DNA from: Squalus acanthias
Lineage: Eukaryota
Length of the DNA: 64,000 nucleotides
NCBI GenBank assembly: GCA_030390025.1
Contig: CM059442.1
Location: forward strand, 41,788,001-41,852,000
Reading direction: 5' to 3'
Below, piece after piece: positions 24,733 to 39,130 of this stretch. The translations under genes and the position numbers were made by a program. Under the pieces are notes generated by a model. It saw only the letters and a list, made by a program, of their open reading frames with translations. It ran no database searches and had not been told where the DNA came from. Within the stretch, counting starts at the first letter, position 1. Every line of letters starts with the position of its first letter.

Positions 24733-25234
24733 GGCCTGACCATTTCTCATCCATAGCAACAAGCAGGCTTGAAAGCTGCTGTCTGATCTTTTCACTCGAT
24801 CTGGTCACTAGGTGGTGTCCGAGTGATGGAGACAAATTTCAGTGATTTCCCTGTGGGGAAAGCACCCAGCCTTCAACCTGCTTTCAGATAACACTACATC
24901 AGCAGCTCAGCAAAAACTACAAAAATGACCTCCACTGAGACAAGCACATTTTAGTAACATTGACTCTCGAGTTTATTACCTTTTAGTTGGAAGTCAAATG
25001 TTCAATCATTTCAGCCAAGTGTCTATCTGCAAGTCACTCAAATAAATTGACCAGAAAATAAGTTTAGGAACGGGCTAATGCAGTTTCATGTGGAGCTATT
25101 ATAACTTTTGTATTTTTAGAAACAGGACATCTTGTAAGTATATTTCTACATCAAGACTATATTCTGTAATTTTGCACTGCTACGTCAGACATGCATTGTT
25201 CGGTGTTACTGGTAGCCACTTTTCATATCTTATA

Positions 25235-25810
25235 GGGCTGCCCTAGCTTGGTTCCACTCGTCTATCAAATCGTAGCCGAAGCATCTCCAGCAATGGTTTC
25301 CCTTCCCATTCCCACATTGTCATCGCTGGAGTCCCCCAAGGATCTATCCTTGGCCCCTTCCTCATCGACCTAGTGCCACTTAGTGATATCATCCAAAGAT
25401 ATAGGTCCAGCTTCTACATGTATGCTGACTACAGCCAGTTCTACCGCCCCACCACCTCTCTCGACCCCTTCTCTGACTCTACTGTCAGACTATTTGTCTG
25501 ACATCCAGTCTTGGATGAGCCGTGATTTCCTCCAATTATACATTGGGAAAATTGAAGTAGTTATCTCCAGCCCTCCACTGCCATAAATGGCATACTGCTG
25601 CCATCCCTCTGCCTGGCCACCGTCTCAGGTAAAAAGTTCGTAACCTCGGCTCCTTATTTGACCGTCACCCGAGTTTCTGACTCCGTATCCTCTCCATCAC
25701 AAAGACCACCTACTTTCACTTCTGTAACAGCGCCTGTCTCAGCCCAGCTGCTGCTGAAACCCTCATCCATGCCTTTCCGTCACCTCCAAACTCAACTATT
25801 CCAATGTCAC
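25235..25810 (+). mobile_element. L2-type LINE RT fragment
   Basis: Contains ggagtcccccaaggatctatccttggcccc (GVPQGSILGP), atgtatgctgac and gctgaaaccctcatccatgcc. Confidence 0.8.
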
Positions 25811-28800
25811 CAATTGTAAAACTTAACATTTTCTCCAGAATGAAGGTTGAAAAAAATACAACCCTAGTTCACAATAACTGCACACCCATATCTGTTGTTG
25901 CATTTACCACTTGAGAAAAAAAAATATGTTCACAGAAGAACCTAACAAAACTCAACTGGGGGGACAAATGAAAAACTAACTTGGCATCTTACGACGTTAA
26001 TTCTAAGGGTCGGTAGCTATTATTTAAAAAGTTTTTAAAAGTCACATTCTAAACAGTAAAGATTATTTGAACTGGTGCACAAGTCACACCCTGAGCCTCA
26101 CTAGTCATAATCACCCACCTTAATATGTGATTTATATACTGTATTTTATGTTAGATAATGGGCCAGTTATCCACAGTGTTCTTCAAGACAGATTTGCAAT
26201 AACTGATAAATTATGATATATTACAACCTTTGCTCTTATGACCAGATTTACTAACGCACGCAGCATTTTGGCCATTACCTTATTTTCAATTTTTTCATGT
26301 ACCACTCTATTTTCTGTGTAGATCTGTTATCCTCTATGATCACCTACTGCAAACATTCAGCAGATGTTTTCTTAAACCACCCCCTGCTATTAAAAGCTTT
26401 GTGCCCTACTTCAAAGAAAGCCACAATGCCTTCAAGCTAAGTGGGATGCTCAAATGATTAAACAGTCAGAAAAACAGGGCCCAACTAACTAAATTTGCCA
26501 GTGCATTAAAGTGCCACTGTACTTAGCAGATGGGGTGCAATCTGCAGCGCTCTCAATGTGGCAATTCTGATGGCACACTGCCTAAACACATACTATAGTA
26601 CCCTGCTGCTTATCTACAGAAACTGAAAATGCACCAGTATTCAAGGGCAATGCTGCAGCATAGCAAGAGGATTTCTACTAAAATCATAATTTCTGGTTTT
26701 CACTCCCACCACATTTCTGCTATTAACTGAAAACTTGGTATAGTCGGAGGAGGCAGAATTTTCCACATACAGTACAACCATAAATGGCACTCTGATCGGA
26801 GAAAGAACTCAAATCCATTTATGCATCTCCCTCCTCTTCCATGCCATTTACCATATTCAAGTCTCAGCTCCTCCAGAGCCAGATGCTGAAAGGGGCACGA
26901 GTACCCAAGAATAATTTTCCAAAATATTGTAGGGAAGCACGTAGTTTCTCCTCTCGAAGCGACAGATTTGAAACCTCACTGAATGAGTGAAGGTGTAGCC
27001 AGGAAATATCTGCATTTGATCATTGAGGTGTAGCACATTTAAGAAAACCTCCCAAGCCTGATTGAGCCAAGCTCACATCAGGACACAATCTATAAAAATC
27101 AGAAACATATATGACTAAAATCAAGAACATCCAAAATTATCAAAAATTTTCCTTGTGCTCGAGTTATACTGGGCCCAATAATCCATTTAAATTACAATAC
27201 TGCCTTCGGAGGCAAAATAAATAAGACGGCATTCATATCTCCGAAGACAAGGAGGACTTCCTTTCAAAACTGTTTTGATCCCTGCCTCAAATGCTAAAGT
27301 GCAGTTGTAGGCCATCACCAGCTCTTTCCATCAGGGCTGCCACTTGGTTTTTGGATGCCTGTACAGGCCAACATTATTAAAATTAGGGAAGGTCTGTGGC
27401 TAGAAGTGTAAAGTCACAAATACAACTTTAGGGCAACTGTGTCTGTGCAGTTCTTCTGATGTGGTTGTTCATCTCTGCAGCATACATTAGACAAATTTAG
27501 AACAGACAGCCACACATATTGGGGGGAAATCAATTCCATCAGAGGCTTTACTGAAATATAAACACGGTGCAAGACTCTTTAATTTGCACTTCATTTTCAG
27601 AGTCAATATCTTCATGTGTTAGAGGTCAGCTGTGGCAGGATAGTGCAATTCTGGATTCATGCTAATGTCCCACTGAAGCACGCTCAAACATTTCAGTTCT
27701 TTCACTGTACGATTTTCTCTATCCTTAAATTTCTCACTTTATTTTGGGCTCACAGTGGCTCCTTTCAATTTCATATTTGCTTGTTTATTACTTTGTTCTT
27801 TAATTTTCTCTCTTGCCTTTCAGTCCTGGGTATTTTTTTCTGTTTCCTGTCTGGAAGTACCTGGCTTCCACTGGTCAATTGCCTACACTGGAATGAATGA
27901 AATCAGCGACTGTGAGTACTCGCAAGTGCAGAGATACTACCACTCTATGGTGCAGCGTGTCACTCCTGTAATCTTGTGCATCAACAGATCACGCTGTCAA
28001 CCTTAAACCAAACAGATAGCTTATTTTTTGACTTAACAATTCACGGGCTAAGCTTGGGGTTACCTCACTATTACCATCTTGAGTTGTTCTGTCTGATTTC
28101 CTATCCTTTTAAACCCTGGCATGCTGCACTTGGGGCCTTGGCCCTACACCTAGGTTTCTCATTTTTGCAAAAACAAATAGAATTCACCGATTTAGGATGA
28201 GCATCTCCATATTACAAATTTAATACTTAAAAACTTAGGGTATATTATGAACTCTATAGCACCGACAATCACCACAGATTGCATACATTGATGCACTTCA
28301 TGTAATATCAAAAAAAGCACAAGTAAACATTTGGTTTGTGTTTAGCTTAATTAAAAGTAACCTGAACACATTAAATGCTCATTTTAAGCAACAGTTTCAT
28401 GGTGCCAGTAGAATAATCTTTGAATTAAACAATGGCAAACAGTTACGACTTAATACTTAAGCAGTTCTGCTCCAAGAAAGTACATTATCCAAACAAAGGG
28501 GACACTCTCAGGTTAAAGAATGCAAAATTGAAGCCAGAAGTCATCCACATCAAAGACTCGCATAAATTATTGATAATCTCCAAAGGCAAGTCTTCACTTA
28601 TGTATAAGAAACACACTCAATTTTACTGTGTAAAAATAAATGCCATCAATGTGCCCTAAATTTTTACACCAAAAAACCCTAAATGTTCATTTCCATTCTA
28701 TGAAAGAGGTTTACAGCAACAAAGCAAAAATAACTCAGCTATATTTACAAAGTATAATTGGCAAAAGCAAAATTCACAATAATTCTGTACATCAAGTTAC

Positions 28801-28930
28801 AATAAAACTAAAAAAAATCTTCCTGTTCTGAATGGCTTCATGACACGATATGATGCATGAACCACCGACAAGAATATCAGATCTCTAAAATTTCTAATAG
28901 TCTAAAGTTGCAGTTATGTTGATACTTTTG

Positions 28931-31742
28931 CAGGGGAGCTGGAGGCAATCATGCGTTGGGAAGAACCAGACATAGTAGGGATTACCGATGCATGCCTACA
29001 GAAAAATCAGGACTGGGAATTAAACATTGCAGGGTATAACATATTTAGAAAAGAGAGAGGGAAAAAGGGGAGGTGGAGTAGCTGTTCTTATTAGGGATAA
29101 CAATGGCAGTAGAAAAAAGGGATGTAGATATCAGCAAGACAAAAATAGAATCTATATGGAAATAAAAGATAATAAAGGATCAATCACACTAATAGGTGTA
29201 GTCTACAGACCACCTAATAGTGGAAGGGAGGTGGAGGAAGAACTATACAGACAAATTAGAGAAATGAGTAAAAAACATAGAATAATCATCATGGGGGTTT
29301 CAACTACCCCAATATTAATTGGACAGAAGAGGTAGATAAAGGGGATAAGGGAATGGAGTTCCTACAATGTCTGCAAGATTCCTTTCTAACCCAATATGTA
29401 AAAAGCCCAACAAGGGAGGATTTGCTATTGGATCTAGTTATGGGGAATGAGCCAGAGCAGATAAGAGAAGTAAAAGTAGGGGAACATATAGGCAATAGTG
29501 ACCATAATATAATACGCTTTAAGATGACAAAAACCAAGTTAATAGATTGGAGAAAAGCTGATTGAGGGGCTGAGAATAGAACTTGGGAAAATAAAATCAG
29601 CAACAATATTGGCAAACAACGATGTAGAACAACAATGGGAAACATTTAAAACGGTGTTCAACAGAGTGCAGGAAAAATATATTCCGCTAAAAGGAAACAA
29701 CTAAACACTAATGAGACCCCATGGTTGAATAAAGACATAAGGAAACAACTGAGGGTAAGGAAAGAGGCGTACATTAGGTACATAGACAGCAGAGGAGTGC
29801 ATGATGAGAGAATACAAAGGGATTAGGAGAAGTCAAAAAAACAATTAGGAAGGCAAAGAGGAACTATGAAATTAAATCAAGGAACATAAACAAAATAGTA
29901 AAATATTTTACAGGCACACCAATTAAAAAGGTTGGGATGGCAATAGGGCCATTAAAACAGGACAACACTACAGGCAACGATAGGGAATGGCAGAAATATT
30001 AAATCATTATTTTGCTTCGGTATTTACCAGGGAGATAGAACAGCTGGACAGGACATTGGATGATGAGATGAGTAATGAGATAAGTGCATTTAAAATAAAA
30101 AAAAGGGGATATATTAAATAAACTAAATCAAATTCAGGATAAAACCCCTGGTCCAGATGGATTGCATCCACGCATTTTAAAAAATTCTAGGGAAGAGATA
30201 GCAGAGGCATTACTACACATTTAATAAATCGTTAGAAAAAGGTGTAGTGCCAGAGGACTCGCGGATAGCTAACATAATATCTATATTTAAGGGGGATAGA
30301 ACATGTCCAGGGAATTATAGATCAGTCAGCTTAACATCGGTGGTAGGAAAAATAATGGAATCCCTACTAAAGGAGAGAATAAAAACATCTAAAAATGAAA
30401 AGTATAATAATGAATGGTCAGCATGGATTTCAAAAAGGGAAAAATCTTGCTTGACCAACCTTATTGAATTTTTTGAAGAGGTAACAGAGAGTAGACAATG
30501 GTAATGCAGTAGATGTAATTTATCTAGATTTTCAAAAGGCCTTCGATAAAGTACCCCATAATAGACTAATAAGTAAGGTCAAAGAATGTGGAGTCAGGGG
30601 ACAAGTAGCAAAATGGATTGCCAGCTGGCTTCAAGACAGAAAGCAGAGAGTGGGAGTAAAGGGTAGCTATTCACAGTGGCAGAAGGTGGGTAGTGGTGTT
30701 CCATAAGGATCAGTGCTGGGACCACCGTTCACAATTTACATTAACGGTTTAGACTTTGGAATCAAAAACACAATTTCTAAATTTGCGGATACCACCAAAT
30801 TGGGGGGGGGGGGGGGGGGGGAAGATAGTCAATACTGAGGAGGACTGCAACAAATTACAGGAGGACATTAAAAACTTGCAGAATGGGCAAATAATTGGCA
30901 AATGAAGTTCAACACAGACAAATGTGAGGTATTACATTTTGGTAGGAAGAATAGGGAAATCACATCACTTGGAGGGTGCAAGTCTAGGTGGGGTAGAGGA
31001 ACAAAGGGATCTAGGAGTACAAATACACAAATCACTGAAAGTTGAGACACAGGTTAGCAAGGTCATAAAAAAAGCAAACCACTAGGGTTTATTTCTAGAG
31101 GGATGGGATTGAAAAGTAGGGAAGTTATGCTAAACCTGTATCAAACCTTGGTTAGCCCACACTTGGAGTACTGCCTGCAGTTCTGGTCGCCATATTATAA
31201 AAAGGATATATAGAGGCACTGGAGAGGGTGCAGAGAAGATTTACAAGGATGATACCAGAAATGCAAGGGTATACATATCAGGAAAGGATAAACAGGTTGG
31301 GTCTCTTTTCTCTTGAAAAAAGGCTGAGGGGCGACCTAATAGAGGTCTTTAAAATTATGAAAGGTTTTGATAGAGTGGATACAGAGAGAGCGTTTCTACT
31401 TGTGGGGAAGAGCATAACTAGAGGCTATCAATATAAGATAATCACCAAGAAATCCAATAGGGAATTCAGAAAAAACTTTACCCAAAGAGTGGTGAGAATG
31501 TGGAACTCGCTACCACAGGGAGTGGTTGAAGCGAATAGTATAGATGCATTTAAGTAGTATAGATGCATTTAAGGGGAGGCTGGACAAACATGAGGGAGAA
31601 GGGGATAGAGGGTTATGCTGATGGATTTAGCTGAGGAAAGACAGGAGGAGGCTCGAGTGGAGCATAAACACCGGCATGGACTGGTTGGGCCAAATGGCCT
31701 GTTTCTGTGCTGTATATCCTATGTAATGTAATCCTATGTAAT
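28931..31742 (+). mobile_element. Near-complete CR1 ORF2 relic (AP endonuclease + RT), multiply frameshifted
   Basis: Endonuclease motifs GGGVAVLI, GVVYRPPNS, LDLVM, GNSDHN. RT motifs NYRSVSLTS, SCLTNLIEFF, LDFQKAFD. Tail (TCCTATGTAA)n. Confidence 0.93.
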
Positions 31743-32089
31743 GCATTGCTGCTACAGTGAGTGAAAGTACAGAGTGGCAGTTATACTCACATTCCACTTA
31801 CTTCACTTAACTTCAAATCACTCCTTTTGAATAGGAGAAACACTAAACCAGGTTTCCTTGCCATGGATTAGCGGGATGACTGATGCTTAGTCAGTCTAAC
31901 TCTAACAGACCAAGGCTGGGTTTGATCAGCACTAATCTTACAATAAAGCAGACCATCCCAACTGACTGACCTCGAACATGGAATTTCCTCTTATTTCTTA
32001 CCACAGGAAGTGAAGGCACGAGTGGCTGACCCTCTGATTTCTTCCCCACAGTGATTAACCAGTAGATCTGTCAATAAAACCAGCTACCA

Positions 32090-32823
32090 TCTGTCTAAGG
32101 CTGAACCAGACTGCTCGCAACCTGAGTGTCATATTTGACCCTGAAATGAGCTTGCGACCATCATCACGAGGACCGCCTATTTCCGCCTCGGGAACCTCGC
32201 CCGACTCCACTCCTGCCTCAGCTCATCTGCTGCTGAAACCCCCATTCATTCCTTTGTTATCTCTAGACTTGACTATTCCAATACACTCCTGGCTGGCCTC
32301 CCACGCTCTACCCTCCGTAAACTTGAGATCATCCAAAACTCTGTTGCCCGTGTCCTAACTCGCACCAAGTCCTGTTCACCCATCACCCCTGTGCTCGCTG
32401 ACCTACATTGGCTCCCGGTTAAGCAATGCCTCGATTTCAAAATTCTCATCCTGGTTTTACAAATCCCTCCACGGCCTCTCCCCTCCCTATCTCTGGAGCC
32501 TCCCTCCAGCCCCACACCAAGGTAACTGCGCTCCTCTAATTCTGGCTGCTTGTGCATCCCTGATTTTAATCGCTCCACCATTGGTGGCCGTGCCGTCAGC
32601 TGCCTAGGCCCTAAGCTCTGGAATTCCCTCCCTAAATCTCTCCGCCTCTCTTTCTTCCTTTAAGACATTCCTTAAAACCTTCCACTTTGACCAAGCTTTT
32701 GGTCATCTGCCCCAATATCCCATGTGGCTCAGTGTCAAATTTTGTTTGATAACACTCCTGTGAAGCCCCTTGGGGCATTTTACTACGTTAAAGGCGCTAT
32801 ATAAATACAAGTTGTTGTTGTTG
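32090..32823 (+). mobile_element. L2-type LINE 3' end
   Basis: Contains catcacccctgtgctcgctgacctacattggctcccgg and ends ggcgctatataaatacaagttgttgttgttg. Confidence 0.85.
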
Positions 32824-33179
32824 CGCGCGCCCCCCCCCCCCCCCGCTAAAAGTGGATGCTCTGCAGATATCCCATGCTGCATGCAAATGAACAGGATCAT
32901 CCCAACGCCGATAGGTTGTAGGAATTGCAAATTGAGATAAATTGTCCTCAGTTGTTGTGATCACATTTTCAATGCTTAAGCTCATCAATATATAAACTCT
33001 TGTTTTAGCAGTTGCAGCATCTAGCTGTAAAGAGAATTTTAAACTTTGTGAAACCACTTTAAAACACACTATTGAAATGTAGCTCATTTCAAAATCACCA
33101 CCACCTTCTCAAGGACAACAGAGAATGGGCAATAAATGGTGGTCTCGCTAGTGACAACCATAGGGGTGCAGTAACAGGG

Positions 33180-33870
33180 ACACTTGGGGTGTACAAAAGT
33201 CTTTGAAGGTGGCAGGACAAGTTGAGAAGGCTGTTAAAAAAAGCATATGGGATCCTTAGCTTTATTAATAGAGACAGAGAACAAAAGCAAGGGAGTTATG
33301 CTAAACCTTTATAAAACACTGGTTAGGCCTCAGCTGGAGTATTGTGGCCAATTCCAGGCACCACACTTTAGGAAGGATGTCAAGGCCTTAGAAAGGGTGG
33401 AGAGTAGATTTACTAGAATACCACCAGGGATGAGGGACTTCAGTTATGTAGAGAGACTATAGAAGCTGGGGTTGTTCTCTTCAAGCAGAGAAGGTTAAGG
33501 GGAGATTTGATAGAGGGGTTCAAAATCTTGAAGGGTCTTGAGAGTAAATAAGGAGAAATTGCTTCCACTGGTAGAAGGGTTAGTAACCAGAGGACACAGA
33601 TTTAAAGGTAATTGGCAAAAGAACCAGAGGCGACAGGGGAAAAAAATAAATTAGGCAGTGAGTTGTGATGATCTGGAATGCACTGCCTATAAGGGTGGTG
33701 GAAACAGATTCAATAATAATTTTCAAAGAGGAATTGGATAGATACTTGAAAAGGAAAAATTTGCTGGTCTATGGGAAAGAGCAGGGGAGTGGGACTAATT
33801 GGATAGCTCTTTCAAAGAGCTGGCACAGGCCAATGGGCCAAATGTCTCCTTCTGTGCTGCAACATTCTAT
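33180..33870 (+). mobile_element. CR1 3' fragment (second family)
   Basis: LYKTLVRPQLEYC...RFTRI in ORF 33247-33462. 3' UTR is shared with 55388-55825. Confidence 0.88.
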
Positions 33871-34396
33871 GATATCCCAAGAATGAATTTAAAAAATCCT
33901 CTCTGTGGAACAAATTGAAATGTAACTGTGGGCTTAATACTCACTTTTTCTTTCTGGTCAGCCCTAGCTGAAAGCTGATTAGCTCCATCCTAACTTGCAG
34001 GCTAGACCAAGGCCAGCATCGCGTAGCCAACTTCAACTGACGAGGATATTTGGGTCTGTTTTTTGTTGCCTTTCTGGGTGGCAAATTGGCAGTTTGACCT
34101 CTGACTCTCGCGGTGTCCAGAATTGGCCTATAGGGCTGCCAATTAAAGGACTACCATGCTCCTACTAATGGATTCCTATCAGACAACCCTGTGCTGTGTA
34201 CACAAAAACAGTTCCTCCCACCATGTGTGAATGCTTACTGAAAGTGCTGTAATTCGATTTGGACTTAAATTCCTCATTAAGAGACAATGTAAGCATGTCA
34301 AAAGAAGTTTAAGAGGAGTTGAAGACTTGGGAATACTAGTACCCAGCTTTTTCAATCTTTCACCTCCATTCCCATCTAAAAAAGATGGGGCGTAGT

Positions 34397-34560
34397 CAAT
34401 GTTCCCTCTAATTTTTTTTTGGATGCGCGGCCCCTTTAATGGGCTGCACGACCCATTCAAATCCCCGTGCATGCGCAGTTTTTTCTATTTAAAAGCCAGT
34501 GTGCTGGCTATACGGGAGCTTCAGACAGCTGCGTGGCCACGCGGCTTAACAGGGATACTG
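34397..34560. mobile_element. hAT-like MITE (copy 2)
   Basis: Ends CAATGTTCCCT / AGGGATACTG. 8-bp TSD GGCGTAGT (34389-34396) / GGCGTACT (34561-34568). Confidence 0.8.
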
Positions 34561-34664
34561 GGCGTACTCTATATGCACAATACCCACTGGTTTCAGGTGA
34601 ATTGAGCTTGGATATCTATCTTGTTCAAATAGAATCCAAGCAAACAAGGCTTTTTGCTGAGTCG

Positions 34665-34711
34665 ACATTTTACTACGTTAAAGGCGCTATCTGAATACAA
34701 GTTGTTGTTGT
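34665..34711 (+). mobile_element. Very short L2 3' tail
   Basis: cattttactacgttaaaggcgctatctgaatacaagttgttgttg is nearly identical to 32777-32823. Confidence 0.8.
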
Positions 34712-35608
34712 AAAAGATCTATGGCGTTCAATTCAAATTTTAAAACCAGGAGCTAGTATCACCAGAAACCAAAGAGGAGTTAACTGGAGCTAATCAAGAG
34801 AGGGCCCGCAATGGTCCAATACTGAGCACTGCAGCAAATAATAAAAACAACAGTCCACTATAATGACACTGATTTACAATGGAGAAAATAACAATGAATA
34901 AAAACATTTATTTTGGTGTGTGCAGACAACAGACAAAACTGTTGCCAATAATTGGACAAAAAGTACTTAAGAATGTAGTTCAGGATGAGGCTTTATACAT
35001 AACCCAAAAAGTGCAACATTGCAAAATCCTTAAAGGATATTGCTCCCTACGAGTTGTCCTGCGGACTAATTCCTATTTGTACATGAAAGGTGAATAAAAA
35101 GATCCTCTTTTAGTTATCACTTTCATGTTTTGATGAAACCTAAAGAATGACATTCAGCTAGCACAAAACAATCATATTTAAAATACAATGAGTTGAATAA
35201 ATTACAATTTCATTAAGCAAGTCAAGTCAACTTTACATTGATTTCTCCAGCACCAGCTTCTGAACCAAAAAGCGCAATACACAAGTCCAGCAAGCTCAAG
35301 GTTGGATACCTCCACAATATTCAACTTCACTCCAAATAATTACTCTCAGCAAATCAATAGCCTGCACAATCTACTTTGCAAAGCTACCTTGGTTTATAAA
35401 ATATTATAAAGTATATTTACTCCGATTAATTGACAATAAAGGGAGAAAAATTAATTCAGACCACATTCATTAAAACAATAATCCCCCCAGAAAAGATACA
35501 AGTAAGTTTTATCAGATGCTGTATGTTGCAAATCAGTGACTTTGGCTATTCCACTGAGTAAAAAAAAATTAGATTGCTATAAAAATTCTGCCTCATGCAG
35601 ATACTTAC

Positions 35609-35749
35609 ACACTACTGTCAGTCAGTGACATGGTATCTGCATCACTTGACATGCTTTGCTGCTCGCTGTCATTAGCGCTTGTTGCTGGTGCCAAAGCATA
35701 CCCTGTGTTGACGTAGTAAGGGTTGACAGGTTCCCGCCATGACCCATGT
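35609..35749 (-). CDS. AXIN1: AXIN1 exon 3 (141 nt, phase 2-2)
   Basis: Acceptor cttttatccag, donor gtaagt. Encodes [47 protein letters not shown], a typical Axin1 segment. Confidence 0.96.
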
Positions 35750-38700
35750 CTGGATAAAAGAAAAAAAACATTAGGCAAAATAATGTTAAAATAAGAAACC
35801 ATGGTTTATTCATCTTGAAACTAAGTAACATTGCCTACTGAGGAAACCATCACTTGTTGAATTCAATCAATGCCATGTGAGTGAGTGTGTCATCATAAAA
35901 ACTTCTGGTGTTATTTTGCCAGTAGTAAAGAAATTATGACTATTCGCAAGTCTCAAAAAACCTAGCAGACAAGGCAAGTTAATGAGTTTAATCTCTTACT
36001 GTAATTGAGTGCGAAACAATGATTTCAGATTTACGAGATTAAAACTAAACTAATTGTGAATCCATCCCACAAGTATCAGTTACTGTGAATCGCACCCAGC
36101 ACTGAAATTTAGAATTCATACCCAACTTGCTAAAATCTAGCTTTCAACTATCCACTTCAAATATATTTAAATTTTTCTATTGGACGTTGAGACCTCAAGA
36201 CATGTATACCCTTTCAAATTGTGCTGACATGGATTTAATGGCATTTGCTCCTGCCAATCACAAAACCTGAAACTACTGCTGCAGAATCGATGTCAGCAGA
36301 ACCTATGAGATCTCAAAACAACTACTATAACAGCAAGTTATATCTTTGAAATAAATCATCTTACTGAAGCATTTCTAAAGTATGGATTTGAAAATTACCC
36401 CAATCAATTGGGGGCCTTGCTTGGACTGCACAGATGTGATTAGTAAACCCTGCAACTGTACTGGGAAAAATATCCTGCTGAAGACCTAGCTTTTGAGACA
36501 GGCTGCAGCCTTAAAAGTAAAAACATTAAATCAAGATATTAAAAGATAATTCTATAGGTAAATGTGATTACAATATCATCAAATGTGTAGTTTCCATTTA
36601 ATCACACTTCAAACCTTATTGGAAATTTCAGCTACTGGAGAATTTTTTTTTTTTTATAAACTGATTTGATTGGTTTGGTTGGCTAGCCTTCTACACTTAG
36701 CTTATACACCAGTAAATCCCAAAGGATAAATTCCTGACTCACCCAAACCATTGGAGGAAATTTGCTTTAGGTTGAATAAATTTGTGCATCATGCAATCAA
36801 TTGAAAGATAAATTTATATATTTGATGATCAAGTCTGATACAGAAACATTACAGATAGTGTGTTACAGGAAGTGTGTAATGGCACAACTGCTTAATTTTA
36901 ATGTCCAAAGGTCAATAATGATGCTGCATCTGCATCTGTCCTTATCTCCCGTGTCAAGGTGCAGGAGACATGCTAGATCAGAGTGTTCAGGAGGTGCTGG
37001 GCTTTGTCCAATGATTTGTTATTGCCTGAAGTCTTCAATCTGATGATGCCAAAGGCTTGTGTCAACAGAACAATGCAAGTGCTTGTGAGCGAATGAGTGA
37101 GTGTGCACGATGTTTTGCGATATGTTCCTGGTTCACCTGTCTCTTACTTGCGCACTCACGCAGCTGTAAGAAAATGTAAATATTCTAATTACTATTAACA
37201 TAAAGAGTAAGAGAGAGCTTTCAAAACTCAACTCATTTGTTTTTTTAATTTGAAAAAAAACTAATTAAGACAAGGTAAACTTCAGAAAGCACGTTAAACT
37301 GAGACAGATATGGTGTCTTCTCATTTCAATGGAGTTCAAATGTTATTTTTTTTTTAAAGTGTATTTGCAAGCAAGCAGGCTCTAATTATCACGATCATTA
37401 TCTAGGTTATGTTCGGTTAGCAAATACAAACCCAAAATATAGATTGAGGACATGGAGAAAGAACTGCAGTCAGAATCATAAATGAGATCCAAATGCTAAC
37501 TAATTTAATTTCAAAAGTTATTGTTCTAGCTGATAATTATGGAACAAAATTTTGGAGATGCTGGACACAGAAGCACTAGAAATTTCTGAATGCATCAAGT
37601 CAGACTTCCTAATTGTACAGTTTCTAGAGAATGCACTCTACATATGCATTGTTCAGATGTCAAAATGCAATTTGTATGCAACAACTAGCATAACGATATT
37701 AAAAATCACCTCTTTTGTGAATTTTGTAACCATTTTACAAGACTTTCTGCAATGTAAACAAAATTGCAGTACCTTAATTCCTTATCAGATATTTAAAGGA
37801 AAGAGTCACACCATTAATTTTCCTACAACACATTTTTTAAAAGATGTAAAGTATTATACAAAGTAAAAATATTGAGGGCTTCTTCAATTGTACTATTTTA
37901 GTTAATTCCAAACAAAATGCTGAATTTGTAGTGATGTATTGTTTACAAAGAACATCTCAGCTGTATGCATATTTGATATAAGTAAAATTCAGGTTTCAGA
38001 TTATGCATTCAGTTTGAACATGTTAATGCTTTCAATTGTAAACCAGTAACCTTAATCATAGTAAATTATTTTTTTAACAGCTAATTTAGGTTTTGCATCT
38101 CTGCAATATCAGCAAAAGCTCACAGTTCCATATACAATGCAAGACATTAAACTTAACTTGATATTGTTTGTTATATGAATCCAGATTTTTTTTTATTGAA
38201 AAAGAAAATTTTAAGCTGCAAATGAAAACCTAATTCAGATTACATCATCTCTTACAGAGGCAACCATATTAATGGACTGGAATGATGATCGACAGACTCC
38301 ATAAAGTGACTGATTTATTTAGAATTTTGGTACAACAGTGATACCAAAGTAATTGACTATGACCTGGGGTCCAGTATGCTCTTGTAGGAGTGCTAGTCTA
38401 GTTTTGTGGGGGGGGGGAAATTGTGTGTGGGGTTACTTTCATAAAGTCAAATGTCAGAAATACTAAACAAAACACATTCATATGACCAAGTTTGTTCTAC
38501 AAAGATATCTATAGACGAAAAGGAATACACCTCAGTATCAAGTGCTGGAATTAATGAGGTTTTTGTTGCATTCAAATGCAATAAGAATATGTTTGTTACA
38601 TTAATCTTCAATATTGTTGCGTTTGAGCTAAATAGAACAATGCTTTAAACGTTTCAAATCACACCTTTGAGGAATTAAGAGTGAAGGATAATTTTTTCCC

Positions 38701-38989
38701 CCCACTGTGCAAGAATCTTTGTGATTAGTCATAATAGGTTGAGTATTTTGTTCATTAATGAACCCAGAAAATAATGGAAAAGATTTCAACAAGAAACTAC
38801 TTAGAGAGGTATAGTTGAAGTAAAAATCTTAACACGTATTTTGCTGCACTTATGTTACAGCAACCAGAATCCTCAGGAAACCCATGGCAATTTAAAAAAT
38901 AATGCTGCTCGCAGACTGCTATAGAATTGTTTATATTTGCAGGACTGGGCGGAGGGAGGGCACAGCATATTTATGGAACTTCAAAATCA

Positions 38990-39130
38990 TGCTATATGCG
39001 CACTGCCCAAGCAGTGTATGTCCACAACATCTGCAATATGGAATATTTTCCACAGGTTGGGACATCCTGCAAAAATGCTAAATCTTCTCCCCACAAATAT
39101 GAACAGCTCTGAAGTATTTCAGTTAAACAA
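38990..39130 (+). mobile_element. Possible ancient RTE-clade LINE remnant
   Basis: AIWNIFHRLGHPAKMLNLL resembles the RTE RT segment LWxILxxxGxPxKxxxLI. Short and decayed. Confidence 0.35.

Noticed and set aside
30802-30821. Poly-G run as a G-quadruplex (also poly-C at ~32830)
   Set aside because: Homopolymer expansion within or next to LINE relics. Length is unreliable and there is no sign of function.
31537-31573. 19-bp tandem duplication in a CR1
   Set aside because: Post-insertion slippage within a dead element.
4678-35749. Assignment as AXIN2
   Set aside because: Motifs [27 protein letters not shown] and [12 protein letters not shown] are Axin1-type.
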